Positions 22,410 through 36,162 of a stretch of 64,000 nucleotides of DNA are shown one piece after another. The notes under the pieces are model-generated. The model did not search any database, was not told where the DNA came from, and saw only the letters and a list, made by a program, of their open reading frames with translations. The stretch covers positions 806,001 through 870,000 of the forward strand of contig CM074807.1 in the NCBI GenBank assembly GCA_037447605.1, read 5' to 3'. The translations under genes and the position numbers were made by a program. The stretch's first letter is position 1, and the number at the start of each line of letters is the position of its first letter. The stretch is from Zygnema circumcarinatum SAG 698-1b (taxonomy: Eukaryota; Plantae; Zygnematophyceae).

Positions 22410-23610
22410 TGAGTTTTGGTGATGAGTGCAAAGCTTACAGAGGATTGGGAACAAGTCTTGGACAATTAAGGTGCCGAGCTTGCGCCTGAGTTCCCTTTGT
22501 TCGTCTTATTAATTTACACATGTTTAATTTGCCAACCGTTGGAATGACAGAGGCGCCATTGGACGATTCACTGGATCATAAGGACGGGAGGTTGTCGATT
22601 GTTGTACTGATTGATGCCGACATTATGCTTATGTTCGTCTGTGATGCATTTATGCGTATGTTAACTGCACGCTTACCATTGTCAACAGCCCTGCAATTGA
22701 CAAAGCGGCTCTCCATTAAGTGGCGTCGACACTGCTCCATTCTATTGAGTGGGACGATTCAGAGTGACCCATAAGGCGAGGTCTGTCAATTGCCATTTCA
22801 CCCCAGTGATGGCCACAACCTACAATCCCCGAAAAAGAGCTTGAAATTCGCGATACAACCTGGAGTATATATCCCCACCACCATACTCTGTCGAGGTCCT
22901 GATGACAATGACCTGGTTATAGACCCATGTTTTTTTTATCTACTGCAGTCTCGAGAGGGTGGCCCAAACATCCACAGGAAACATCAAAGTGTCGCCAAAC
23001 CCAAAGGAAAAAAATCCGAAGGCCAAAGCAGTCTGAACCTACATGAAGCAGTCAACAAGAACGATTGTAACCATCCTACACTGAGCCAAGAAAAGCGCTA
23101 TAATGTAGTCTGTAAACACCCGAACCTGTCACTGAAACATCCAAACAAGATCGCTTATGCAAAAAAAAAAGCTTGCCCGCATCGAAAAGAGATCTATTCA
23201 TCTATTCTTCTATTCTATTATTCTGCCTCGCTTCTGCAGTCCCAAAATAAGCTTTTGAACCGAGTCTCGAATCATCGCCATTGCTAACAGACATTGAAAG
23301 CAAGCGTGCGGCCTCCTTCAGTACAACTGTCCATGGAACTTTAACGGCCGGAAAAATACCTGTTACGAATCCAACGAATACCAAAGCATCATGCTTGGGT
23401 GAGTTAGGCAAGATATTAGACACAAGTGAAGACAAAAAGAATTCCATAGGTTAGGCAGGTACACGCACATAGATAACCTTAAAAAATCATAAGCAAAAGC
23501 AACAGAAGCGTTCAACTTTTTCTTCTTCCTTCTTCAAAAAAGCAGATACACGTTATAAAGGTAGGAGTCGCTTACTTGGAGTATGTTGATCTGTTTGTCG
23601 TCTTGCTATC

Positions 23611-24843
23611 TCACACGATTCTGAAGCAAACGCTTGGAAACAGCTTCCGTAATTCTTCAATCATCTCCATGATGTCCTCATCGTTGTTGTCGTTGCCCTG
23701 TTCTGATATGAATTCCATGTGTTGAAGCTTCGGGCTGACTTTCAGCCATTCACGTAACCTCTGTATTTCGCGAGGCTTCGAAAATCTTGCGAATTCGAAA
23801 AGCGTAAGCTTAGCAAGGCGAGGGAAAAACACGGTATTCTTCAAAGCCATGTAAACGTTCCCCCAAGATTGCAAGTCCAATATGATCACTTGGACCTTTT
23901 CCAGACTATTCATGCTCTTCGAAAGAAACTTGAGAAAGACATCCTCATTCTCTGTCAAGGTATATTCAAATATGGAATTGTGGAGTTCATTTCTTGACGA
24001 ATTCACTTCAAATCTGACGTCGCGGATTGATGTGTGTATATAGATCTCATTCAAGCAACCATTGTGCCCGAATACTAACTCGCCTACATTTTCTCCATCA
24101 ATTGTGAGAATTCTCAACCGAGGACATGTAATTTTCAAATGATGTAAATCTCCAATTACATTTAACTCTTCTAATATAGCGTGTTCGACCACATATTTAT
24201 ATCCTTCGACTTCGTCATGGAGGCCCATTCTCAGAAATGTGAGATTGGGAAACAAGCGGAGAAAGCCCTCAACGACTTCATCGCCCTTTTGCTTTTTTAC
24301 GATGACATTAAGCCTCTTCACACTTTCAAAAACTCTGCACTTGGCTATATTCGGACCAAGCGTAACCGTGGCCTTTAGGTTTTCAAGAACTGGTAAGCTG
24401 GCGAGTGCTTGAAAATGCTTCCAATTGAGGACGAACGTCGGGATAATCATCTCCTCCGTCGAGATAGTCAACTTTCGAAGAGTAGTCCCAATGACAGTCG
24501 ACCAAAAAGATATCATTGAAGGGACAACGGGAGAATCAATAACGGTAAGGGACTCCACCCTGGGCGTCAGACGCACAAGTTTTCCAATTTGAAGCATTTG
24601 AGCAGCCTCTCCATGGACCCTTCGGTGTATGGCAGTCACCGTTCTGCTTCCAATACTTGCTTCCGTGAATGCCTGCACCGCTTCTTGAAAGGCCTTGCAG
24701 ACAGTTGACAGCTGCAAAGCGCTCTTCATAAAATCATTGACGTCAACAGCTGCGAAAAGAATTTGCACCAAGAGGACCATCGGAAGGCCCAAGATTGAGC
24801 CGCCATAGCAAGCGCCCCTTTCTCGTTGGCTGCTCGAGTCCAT
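23611..24843 (-). CDS. Intronless F-box protein with LRR/FBD-like C-terminus
   Basis: 422-aa ORF; F-box-like ILGLPMVLLVQILF..LSTVCKAFQEAV followed by LxxL repeats (LRKLTI, LENLK, FPNLTFLRM, CPRLRILTI). The likely start is MDSSSQ. Confidence 0.8.
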   Translation of the reverse strand: MDSSSQRERGACYGGSILGLPMVLLVQILFAAVDVNDFMKSALQLSTVCKAFQEAVQAFTEASIGSRTVTAIHRRVHGEAAQMLQIGKLVRLTPRVESLTVIDSPVVPSMISFWSTVIGTTLRKLTISTEEMIIPTFVLNWKHFQALASLPVLENLKATVTLGPNIAKCRVFESVKRLNVIVKKQKGDEVVEGFLRLFPNLTFLRMGLHDEVEGYKYVVEHAILEELNVIGDLHHLKITCPRLRILTIDGENVGELVFGHNGCLNEIYIHTSIRDVRFEVNSSRNELHNSIFEYTLTENEDVFLKFLSKSMNSLEKVQVIILDLQSWGNVYMALKNTVFFPRLAKLTLFEFARFSKPREIQRLREWLKVSPKLQHMEFISEQGNDNNDEDIMEMIEELRKLFPSVCFRIV

Positions 24844-25078
24844 GGATGCAAGAAGGATGAAGAAAACGACGAGAGACAAGCAGAGGAATAGGAGGAAAAA
24901 TATGAGAGGAGGACAAAGCGGAGGGTGAGATGGTGGCGATTGGAGGGAGGTCCTTCACAGTCACAACTCGTCACGAGGCGCCGACGGGAAGGTTCTAGAA
25001 GTGTACGGACGCCGCCGGCGCTTGCAAGTTTGCAATGCTTTCAACCAACCCGATCCAACCAACCATTGGATCCAATAA

Positions 25079-25279
25079 GGGGAGTCAGACCTTGACCATC
25101 GCCAAATCAATTTCGTAAAGCCTGTCACGCGAATTAAGCATTGGCTAGGTACGCATTTAGGTACGACTGGGTACGGCGAAGGCGCGGATCCCGATCCGGA
25201 ATTCGTACACGAAAGATGTGACTTTTAGTATAAGGAATTCGGGAATTTTGGTAAGCGATGGTCAAGGTCTGACTCCCCC
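25079..25279. mobile_element. Tourist-like (PIF/Harbinger-type) MITE, ~200 bp
   Basis: 24-bp perfect TIRs ggggagtcagaccttgaccatcgc (25079-25102) and gcgatggtcaaggtctgactcccc (25255-25278), with TAA on both flanks. Confidence 0.85.
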
Positions 25280-26256
25280 TAATGGTTGCGATTTACAAAC
25301 CGTTGATTTTTGCGATCCAACCGGCCAATCCTTTTCTTCATGAATTTGGTGGGTTCGATGATAGATCGTTGCAAAGTTTGGTCCTTTCGTCGTCGTTGAA
25401 GCACAGAACAATACTCAGCCGTTCCTTTGTTCTTCCCGGGTTTGCTGAAATTTCTATCCTTTTGCGATGCATGCGCAGATGACTCCACGAAAGCCAATTG
25501 CCAATGTGGTGCGCAGAAACAGCATACCTTCATGTTACAATGCATGCATGCATGCATGTACATGAACATGCCCATACCTCGGCTCAGACAAAAAAGGATC
25601 AACAAGACCGGTTTTTAAAAAACCAGTTCTTGGTTTTCGCCAGGTCCATTCTTCTTTTTCCTGCATGGTTTTGCCACCACAAGGCCCAAAACCACACCAC
25701 GGAAGCTGAGCTGCAAAGCGCTTTCCTACCCAACGCATATCCTGAACCCCACCTGTCCCCTATTCCCGGCTGCTAAAACGACAAACCAATCACTCGCCAG
25801 CGAGTCAGACTGACTCTCTAAACATGAGCTGACTGTACACCTGGGGCTGCAAGTATGTACAAAACCCTAAACCCCATCAAAACCCTAAACCCCATCTGAG
25901 TATGGAATAGAAGAAAAGCTCCATAACCATCCCCTCCCTGAACCCCCCCTCCCTGACAAAGCTGACTGCTGATTCACGAGCCCTAAAGAATTCGTACTGC
26001 GAAAGCCGTTCCCGACTTCCAGTAGGAAATGTTGAGCTTCAAAAGGACCCTGAGCCCGAAATCAAATCCTAAGGCCACTGCGATCTTATACCCCATCTCT
26101 TCCCACTCCCTCTCCCTCCCCCTCTCTCTTTCCCCCCATCCTTCCATCCTCCCGCCAACCGAAATCTTCCCGCCACCCAATTTCCTCCCGAAATAATGAC
26201 ACATACAGGCCTGCTAAGCCGCCACCTACTGCCGCCCCCCTACGACCGCTGGGCCA

Positions 26257-27244
26257 TTAGGAGGTAGAGGTGCTGCTCTCCCGCTCCTTTAGCCTCTTCT
26301 CCCACTCCTCCGCCTCCACATTCTGCTCCTCTACGCCCTTTTCTGTGCTGTAAATCACGCGCTCGCTTCCGATCACCGTGCTCTGCGCCTGTTTGAGGGC
26401 ACTTCTCCGCTGAAACAATCCCCACAGCCTTCGTCAGGCTACGTTAGCTCCCTCACCCTCCCTCACCCTCCCCTCTCTCCCTCGCTCTCTCACTCTCTCG
26501 CTCTCCCCTCTCCCCCCCATCCTCCCCCCTCTCCCCTCCCCCTTCTCTATCTGTCCCTCTCTCTCTCCCTTCCTTCCTCTCCAGAAAAGCGCGGTGCTTT
26601 TCTCTTGCTTTGTCTATACCAAAGGACTGGCAATGAAAACGAGAACACTAAAGTTGGGAGGATATGCCCCTCGTACTGCGGCTCACCTTGTTGAGGAACA
26701 TGGGCACCTGCCGCATCACATATTGCGCCCAGTCCGCCCTGATCTGATTGCGCTCGTCAATCTTCGCATTCCTGCGCTGCAGAGTCCACCAGCGAATGGC
26801 GGGTATGGCGAAAAAGGAAGCAGCATAAGCCTGCACAGGATTTCACACAATGTGGTGAGAAGGGAGGGAACTGGAGTGAAGGCGAGGGCAAAAGTGAGAG
26901 ACAGAGAAAGAGAGAGATTGGAGAGAGAGGGGCGAGAAAGAGCGCGAAAATGAGCAAGATGATTGTAAGTTAGGTCAGGGCAAGTTGCTCAGACGGTCCT
27001 TCAAAATACGTTAGGAAAAGAACTTTCAGAATCTTCGGGATAGAGTTCCTCCTAATTCTTCAGGTGGGAGGGTGAGAGGGCCTTAGGGTTTCCAACAGAC
27101 CCACCTGAAGGAAGGGCAGAGCTTGCGCTGCAAAGGAGACCACTCCACCCTCCAGCTGCCTCAGAACTTGCGGATCTCTGCTCCCTCACAGCCACACCAC
27201 TAGGTTCAATTCCAGAACAACACACGACAAAAACTGGAGCGGAT

Positions 27245-27283
<39 letters not shown>

Positions 27284-30200
27284 CGTTGACGGGAGAGTGG
27301 GGAGAGACAGGAGAGGCTTATTCAAACCATCCTTGAGGCGGATCCTACGCAGGTTAACAGCCGCCCCCACCACCACCTTTCTCTTTCTTGCCATTCCCAA
27401 ACTTGTGATTTAAGTACTTCTTTCTGCCCCCTCCGAAACTACTATATCTTTCTATTCTTGAAGTCTAATCCGAGAGTCTGAGTGCGACTATTGAACGTAC
27501 CTCAGCAGGCTCCCCAGGGCTATAACGCCGACCAAATTCAGGGCCCCAAGGCCGACTGTGAGAGCTCGTTGATTGGGCTGCGTCTGACTATATGATCCCC
27601 CCAGACCACCCAATCCCCAAAAGAAAGTGCAAATATGGATGACTTCCATGTTTTTTTTCCACAATTCGAAGCACAGGCACACAGAAGAAGGGATCAGAAG
27701 AGAACCCTACTCGGCCTGTGGATTTGGTGCAAAAGCATGCAAAGTAAAGTATAACACATAGAGGTCCACTCCATGTGCTGGCGATAAGATCCGAACAGTG
27801 TGATCACATAAAGTGCTTGCCAGTTTATATAAACCAGTTTACCAGTTTATAGGTTCAAAGTTGAAGTTCTTGATTTTCTACAAATTCATGTTTTTGGTTG
27901 AGCTAGCTCCAATTTCGACCTTCCCGGACGAGTTGGATTAGGAAGCCATACCTGAAGGTCCACTTGTTCTCTGAGAAAAATGAGCCGTCTCTCACTTCTT
28001 CCTCCACTTGAAGGCGCTTTCTCCCCAGCCAGTCTGTTGCAGTACGCTGAAGAGAGGGGAAGCGATATATGATGTTGCCCTGAGGTCCACCCAAAAATAG
28101 CCAACTGAATAACCACGTCCATTTTTCCCCCTCTCTCTGTAAGCCTCTCTCACCCGATCTCCCCGTCCCGTCTATCTCCCACTCTCTCACTCTTTGCTTC
28201 TCTCTCTACCCTCTTGCGTCTCTCAACTCGTACCCTCTCTCCTTCTCACATCGCAACTTATCACATCCTAATTCTCCCTTCTCATACATCATCCATCAAC
28301 ACTCAGAAACTCAGCGCATTCACCAGCAAAACACCTGCAGTTAGCTCTCGCACTTTTACAGTTTAAAGCGGCTTCTCTCTATCTCTTTTCCCCCTTCTAA
28401 ACCTTCGTCTCCAGTGTACACCTTGCACTTAGTCAGATATCAAGAGACAGATCATGATCCAAAAATTTAACCATCCGGTCCCCCACCTGCTCATCCACTT
28501 CCGGGTGACCATCAAAGCGTTGTAGCACAGGAAGCATAAATCCTTCATCTGCCTGCAACCAAAACACCTTGCCAAGTCATCCTCCTCCCTCTAGCCCTCC
28601 TCTCTCTCAGCCTCGAGCCTGACTTTTCCCCCTGCCCCCTGTCACCCATCCATTCACGTATACTAACCCACCCACCAACCCTTCCTCGTCCTCTGTTCCT
28701 CCCATACTTAAGCCCCTTTGTCATCTCTTTCAAACCATCTACCCAACCTTATCCAGTCGTAATCTCATTCAAGCAGAGTCACACGTATAGGTGGAAACAG
28801 AAGGAACTTACCGGACCAATTCCATTCAAACCATCTGGAGAGGGTGGGTCTAAGAAGGGCGCCAATTCCTCTGCAACAACCACTCCACCTCGTCTGGCAA
28901 TGAAGTCTCCAACCTGATAGAGAGACACAGGAATATTTGACAATATTCAACCACGCTAAGACCAAGTCAATCACCCAACCGATTAACCCTATCTTCTTCA
29001 AAAAAGCGAAAAAAGCAAGCTCAGAAACTAACCAATTTCCAGCGTTGATCCTCAATCCCTTGGTTGGGATCCCCATCTCCAAATACAAATGAAAATACCT
29101 GCAAGAAAGGAACAAAAAATCGCGGAAGGATGCAAATCTTGTAAGCAGTGTGTCATTTCGTTTTTTCGCCTTTCATCAACTTGCCTCAAAAAGGACACCT
29201 CAAAAACGAGAATAGAGCCTGAATCATAAATAAATGGTCTAATCATTCTAGATAAGATATGATGAAAAGGTGCCCACTGCTTCAAAAAAGGATTTGCCTT
29301 CTCCCTGCCTTCGTGTACGGATCCTTTGATAGTAGAAGGGATCCCAGTACCTGCAAGTTCAAGAACAGGGCTTTTAGGGCCTTCAGAGCCTTATACAATT
29401 GTCTCACGTCATTAAGGGTTTCTAACTCCTTGTGATGTTCATGGAGCCAGCTCAGCCATCCAAGCACGGTCTATGGACATGCATAGATTCAGAGCACTGC
29501 CCATAGAATACCTGATGTGAATGGAGAGCTTACTAATGGATTATCTCCTTTCTTTACTCAACCTTTAAAGATTTGCACACAAAACCATCGTGCACCTCTC
29601 TGGACCTCTTCAAGCCCGTAACCATTTAACATCCGAACTAGTCTATCGCAACCTCTCCTTTCATTGCCTTTCCCAGCCCCTTGGGGCATCCCATTCTTCC
29701 TTACTATCTCCTTCAAAAAGACGTACGAAAGAGCAATGCAAGGACCCAAAAACATCTTCCAGCACAAAACAAGCCTTAAAGAACTACAATCTTCAAAAAA
29801 ATTGAAACGAACGAAAACCCCAATACCCATATAATTCTAACTCTTCTACACTCATGGATACATCATGACAGGGAAGTATGAAAGATGCATATGGGAGCCT
29901 GGTGTACGTCTGCAGTGACGATATGCCCTCGCATTTCATATCTGGAGTGAACGCCTACCAGAATAAGTCCGTAATATCGAAGTAGAACATGGGACCTCGT
30001 TGGGGTACATAGTATCCACCGCCTCGATTGTTTCGATTATTATCCTCACTGTTAAGGGTAGCATCGAACCACGCCGAATGCAGAACAAATGCAGAATTAC
30101 GTGAGACTGAAGAATTATCTTGAAGAAATCAACATCTACAGCTTCGTATTGAAAGGACATGTCATGCTGTTCCACTTAAATAGCTAATTCGTAGAAAACA

Positions 30201-31586
30201 GCGCAGAGCCGTACCTTCTAGCAGAAGTCAAAATAACCGCAATTGCAGCATAGGTTATTGCGATTGATGCCAACAGAGCAGTTCCAAAAGCAACTCGCGA
30301 CAAGTACTGTACCACAAACTGCACATGCATTCAAAAAGACCATAACAGGTTATATAACTTCAATAGGGCTATTAGATACAGTTTGAGGCGTGATGGAATC
30401 ATTTGCAAAAGTAACGCAACTAATCAAATAGCCCAAGAAAAAGTATAAGATGAGGCATACTTTCACATTGTTCCATATGGGCTCCAACTTCAGCTTCACA
30501 GATTTTTGGACCAATATGCTCCGAAAATCTCTCGGCAATACATAGAGTACGTCCCCTTCATCTGAAACCTGCAGGCACACCTCGCTGATAAGCATCCTTC
30601 ATTTACTTCCGGGATATTCTGTATAAAAAATGGGAAAAACTCCCTTCCTGGTAGAAAAATATCAACAATCCGGCATATCCTCGACAGTTATTGATTCCCA
30701 AGCTAAAAGTTCAAACACACAATGTATGCCCGTTCAAAAAAAAAAAAACCAACGTGAAAAATGATGAAAACATGGAATTTCTTTGCTGAATTTAAAAAAT
30801 ATTCATCATAGATCATTGCTTCCTTATAGCTGAGACCAACCAAATGACTACTTGACCTAAGTTTGAAGTGCAAAGCCTTAAAACTCCCAAATAAGTAAGA
30901 CAACGTAGGAAAGCACGCCTTACCTCCAAAAATCCACTTGTATCAGACGCCAACGCACGCAAAGCCTTCTCCGCATCCGAAACTTTCAAACCTGCTTTTG
31001 CTGCAACATCTCCAACTGTGACTCTCCTTCCTAACTCTTCCACAGCCTTAATGGAGCTGTCTCGAACGAATGGCGGTAACGAATCAATTTCCACTTTCTT
31101 CTTTTCTGAAAAGGCTTCAAGAAAGCCATCCGAACTCTGAGCTTTACATAACACCGAGATGTTCCGCTCTTTTTTGGCACTATTTCTAAAAGTCAACGGA
31201 GACAAATCTGTTGCAGAAAGGAGGCTTCCGCCAATAGAATTTCGCTGACACAGTCTACGGTAAGCAGGATGAGGCCCTAAAAACGAGTTCTGAGGTCTCA
31301 GTTTGGTGTATTCAACAGATCTACTGAGAGCTGAATTGTCTGAGTATGCTTTGCAGCCAAGTGCTGGCTGAATATATAAACGATCTACTATCTGAACGGA
31401 GCAGGGAGAAGAGTCTGAAGAGCTGATCAGGGATATCTGATAAGCAGCTTTAACTGTGCATTTATTCGTTCCCTCTTGAGATACCCTGCAGCTCCGAGTG
31501 GTAGCACGATTGCAGGGCTTCTCTCGGGATGGATGAGAGATGCTGAATTTGAACGAAGTTGGAGAAGAAGTCACTGCTGCAACCAT
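26257..31586 (-). CDS. Chloroplast-targeted conserved membrane protein, At5g03900-like (~11 exons)
   Basis: Transit-peptide-like N-terminus, then RRVTVGDVAAKAG, VSDEGDVLY, RVAFGTALLAS, YWDPFYY, VFSFVFGDGDPNQGIEDQRW, GGVVVAEELAPFLD, PVLQRFDGHPEVD, GNIIYRFPSLQ, YAASFFAIP and TVIGSERVIYST, separated by GT-AG introns. Confidence 0.85.
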
Positions 31587-33640
31587 CCTGCTCGCACTGC
31601 AGTCCCTAAAAAACGAGTAAAATAAGTTAGGTCAAACAATTCCGCCTAAATGAAAACCGAGAAAGTGGAACCATTGCAGAAAATCTTAAGCTTCTGACAG
31701 ATGTAATATCCAGAAACTTGGAACATCAACAGCATCCATCTAGATAGGCATACGTGATGGGTTCATAAAAACCAGCCAATCAGCATTTCAATACAACTGC
31801 ATTCCTCACAAGTTCCACACTTTCAAACAGCGAACACCAACCGTCAATAGAGAAAAGAGCCTCCAAAGACACCAAAAGATTGCAAACGCCGGTATCATTA
31901 TAGGTAGCAAGAAGCAGGCTCTGAGAAGAGAGAGGCAGACATACCTTCAGTGAATATGAGTATGAGAAAGTAACGGAAAAATGCTTCAGGAAGAGCCAAG
32001 AGAGGCGATACAAAATTCTTTTATGTCTGTCACCTTCTTAAAGGGATGAATAACTAGTGTCTTTGGAAAGGAAAAGAAAAAAAAACCCTAAATTTTCATT
32101 TTTTTTTGTGTGGCCCTAACAAAGTCTTGGCGACGTGGCCCAATTGCGAGGCGGAGGGAGCCTCGGAACGGCTGCCCGAAAGAGCAAGCAGCTGATTTTT
32201 TTTTTTTTGTGTTCCAGTTTCGGGTACGGAAGCGATTGCTTCAGGATGGGACGAACTGCTCTGAGCCAACGGCCGGCCCAACCCTTGCTTGCCAATGCTT
32301 TGCTAAACCAACGGTTGGCCACATTGCCAATGGGCAATGGCTGGTAACCATAGGCAAGGGTTGGCTGCAATGGCTGGGCAAAGGTTGCCAACCATAGGCA
32401 ATGGTTGGCTGCAATGGCTGGGCAATGCCTTGGAAATTGTAGGTTGGTCCGGCAAACAACAAGTCAGGCCATTGCTAGTGCTTGGATAAGCCCTAGTGTG
32501 CCCCCCAGCTCCGCATTATCTCCCTCCCCTTCTCTCCCGCTCGCCTTGGCTTGGAGTTTCTTTGATACTCGACCTGCACCTGCATGCGCTATAAGGACTT
32601 CCATGTCCGTCACATCAAAGCAAGCCAAGCAAAGCCTTCGCATCGTCCTGTCACAGAAGCCAAAAGCTTTTCTAAACAGATCATGTTTTGCCCTTTGAAC
32701 ACATGAGATGGTATAAGCCTGCCGTGCTCAACGGCGCTGGGAGCACTATGTTGCAGTGGAGTCTTTTCTGAGTCTGAGCTACACCTCAGAACGCAGCAGG
32801 GGGACAGATGAACAAGTCTTAAGGAAAATGTGGCATTGATCGAACCAACCATTGGTCCATAGTTTCAACCTTCGGAATGTTCGAGAATACACGACCCACT
32901 CAACGCTGCTTTCCACATATTCAGCACGTGTAAAATACAGTGGTGTACATGATGGCCGACCAGTCGATCCAATTACTCGAATGATAGGGTCTCTCTCGTC
33001 TCATCTCCCAAACTTACATTGCAAATCCAACGAAATCAGCACAAGAAACTGATAACTCTTCAAGAAAGGCATTCGCTCGGCTGAGTAGGAAGCGGTCCCT
33101 TCACTTCAAAACAGAAGCTACAAAAGACAAAGACAAACGAGTTCAAGCCAAAAACGCATGTTTTCTTTTTCTTTTTCTCCTTCTTTCTTTTCCTTTTTTA
33201 TTCTTCCTGCATGGCATCTACTTTGGTGCTCCAAACTAAAATGAAGGACCTCGTCCAGCAACTGCCCACTATGGAGCCTCTGCTTCATCTTCTTCCTCAG
33301 GGCATCCCTATTGCAGCAGCTCCTAAAGCTGCATACAAACGATCATCCCTCAACACACTCTACACAACCCCAATCCAAACCCCCTCCATGCAAGCCACGT
33401 TAGGGCAAACTTTTTCTACTCCTGATGCGCACTGAGAGACATACGCAAATGTCATCATCAGCACATGGGCCCAAGTCAACGAGCCCAATGACAGCCATAT
33501 ACACACATACCTGGAAACTCAAACAAACAAACTTTGAAAACCTGACGGAGACCTTTAGACATAGAGGCACCACTCCTCTTTTTGCTGCATTGCAACCTTC
33601 CAGTCTCACAATCTGTATTCCTCGAAGCAGCTTGCACCGT

Positions 33641-36162
33641 CTAAAGAAGAAGCTGAGAGAAATAGTGATCAAACTCATCGTCTATGGTCGGCTTCCTTGA
33701 ACACAACGAATCTGCAAAACAGCATACAGAGACCCATGTGAAACAGGGCTTGACTTTTCCTCCTGTTTCGAATGAGGGGTCATCATAAGCTTCCGCTTTT
33801 AATCGGGACCTCACTTGGATCACAGAGATGGGGTGATTCCTTTGCAACCCTAATAAAATTACATACCCAGCACTACATCCATCATGATTCCCAAGGCTGC
33901 AGCATGTCTTGTCAATGTGGTCATTTTAGGTCAACCCAACCTCTACTACTCGAAAAAAGAAAGAGGCCGCAAAATCGAATATTTCCGTGTAGTGCTTCTT
34001 GGCATAGAAAGATGCAGAAAGAGAGTGCAGAAAGAGAGAGAGGGGGGGGATGCGCGAGAGAGAGAGAGAGAAAAAAACGGGAGAGAGAGAGAGAGAGAGC
34101 ACATAGTACAGGGATCCTCCACTACATTGAGAGCTAAAGGCTTGAAATGCATGTTACTTTCTCTTGAAATAAGTGCTCTTCCTATTCCTAGCTTCTGTTC
34201 CTCTCTGTCCGCCACACCACCTTTTCACTCCCATCCTCTCACCCAATCTCTCTTACCCCCCCCCTCCGCCAAATGCTGCTCTGCAAGAACTCTTTCCACA
34301 TGCAGACATCCTGCGAAATTCCCACATAGAGTTAGCAGTACTGTACCTGATTGCTTCGACTCCCGTCCAGAAGACAACACAAACTTTAAATTGTCGTCTG
34401 ATTTTGGAATGTCAGTGCTGTACTCCTCTTGATCGTCATTGAAGTCACCATTACTGACATCACACTGTCCAGATTGTAAAACTGATTGGCACCTCCCAAC
34501 ACGCATTTGCTGCACAAAACTCCCCTCCGCTTCATCCTCCTCATCATCGTCTTCCTCCTCCCCTCTCCTTCTATACTGTTCAAATATCCCCTTTCCTGTT
34601 CCATCAGATTCTGCCCTTCTCAAAGTCTTCTGAATCCCTTTCCTCTCCTCCCCCTCCTTCTCTGCGATTCTCCTCCAGATGCCCAGACCCCCGTCAGAAT
34701 CTACTCTCCTCAACTGTCCTTTTGCCGACCATTGACCACCAACTGACGATTCCTCTCTCTCCCCAACAGCAGTCCGAGCTGCTACCTCTCCTTCTTTACC
34801 CTTGAACCCACTTGTCACCTCATTCGGACTCCCCCTTGTCCTCTTTCGCTCACTTTCCGCCGGCATGCCAGTGTTACCCCCTTCACACTCCCTCTTTCCT
34901 TCCTCCTCTGACGAACTACAGCACTCCCGCTCCCCCATCTCCCCTCCTCCATGCATCTCCGAACCATCCCCTTCCTCATCCCCTCTCATCCTTTCCCCCT
35001 CCCTCGCTTCAGTGCTCCTTCTCTCCGCATCCACAACCTCCCCTGCCTCAGCACCTTCTTCGAAACTTCCTCCATCCATTTTCCGCTGATGTTTTGAAGC
35101 GTTCCGCTCCCACAAAGAATCATCTCCGCCGGAGAGATCTCCTCCTCTCTTTCCTCTCCCGCCCTTTCCGTCTCTTTGATCGTCATCTATCTCACATCCG
35201 TCACTCCATTCCTCAGTGCAGCCTCCTGTACTCCTTAAGGAGTCTCTCATCCGCTTCAACCCCCCGCGTTGACCTTCCTCCACGGAGTTCCTTCTGCTGA
35301 ATTCAGTTCCGTTGTCATTGAACGGACACTTAGAACGCTCTTCAGGACTACCTCCTAGCTCCATAGACGACAGTTTCACCAAATCCTTTACACGAGGAGG
35401 CGTAGTGGCTAAGAGAGCGCTTGAAGCGATACTTGGAGGCACGTTTGGAGATGAATTTGATGGCATGATCGAAGGGGAAGCTGTAGATATGTTTGAAGGT
35501 ATGGTTGAGGATACATTTGACAGAAGACTTGAAGGGGTTTGAATGTTCCATTTCTCCTCTTCTGCCCTTTTCCGCTTTCCTTCACTCTCAATGGACGCTT
35601 CAGGTGGAGGTACTCCGAAACTGATAAAATTTGGAGGCAGAAACAAACATTAGATATGCAACTGCAAAGCGAGTAACAATTGGAGGTCCCTTTCCAGACA
35701 TCAGAGAGAAGCTGCACAAGGACAGCAATTAAGGTTCTGCCTTAAGGATAGACACAAGAAATATCGTCGAAAGAACGAACTTAGGAGTTTGCTTCTCAGG
35801 TTTGAACAGCCCTAAGGATCTCCAGTTCAAACCATCTAACTCAAACACTCAAGCAACAATGCAAGTCCTTAAAGCAGCCTGATGACAGCTTGCGACAGAA
35901 AACTCTGAAGGAGAAGAAAGTTCGTGCAGCACAGCATAACATTTCATTGTGCGCAGGCGAGCGCTCCTTTCCCACCATCTCACATTTTCCGCTTGCGCCC
36001 GCTCTCTGTCTGTGTGCAGGCAGACACTCCCTCCTCTGCATAATCCTCCAAGCAAGGAACTGCACCGGCTGCAGTAATGGCTCCGCGCATCCGCCCATTG
36101 ACAGCCAGGGAGCGCGGCAATGGCGGCTGAGCCCTTGCGGTCTCCTTCTCCTCAGGCTCCAT
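33641..36162 (-). CDS. Low-complexity protein of the plant At1g15800/At1g80610-like uncharacterised family (3 exons, ~507 aa)
   Basis: Exons 36162-35984, 35620-34347 and 33711-33641 join in frame. The C-terminus LKFVLSSGR..RKPTIDDEFDHYFSQLLL* matches the recalled family motif LSSGR..KxTIDxEFxxYFSxLxL. Confidence 0.7.

Noticed and set aside
33211-33435. Plus-strand 74-aa ORF as a retroelement remnant
   Set aside because: No RT, integrase or gag motif identified; it lies in the 3' region of the opposite-strand gene.
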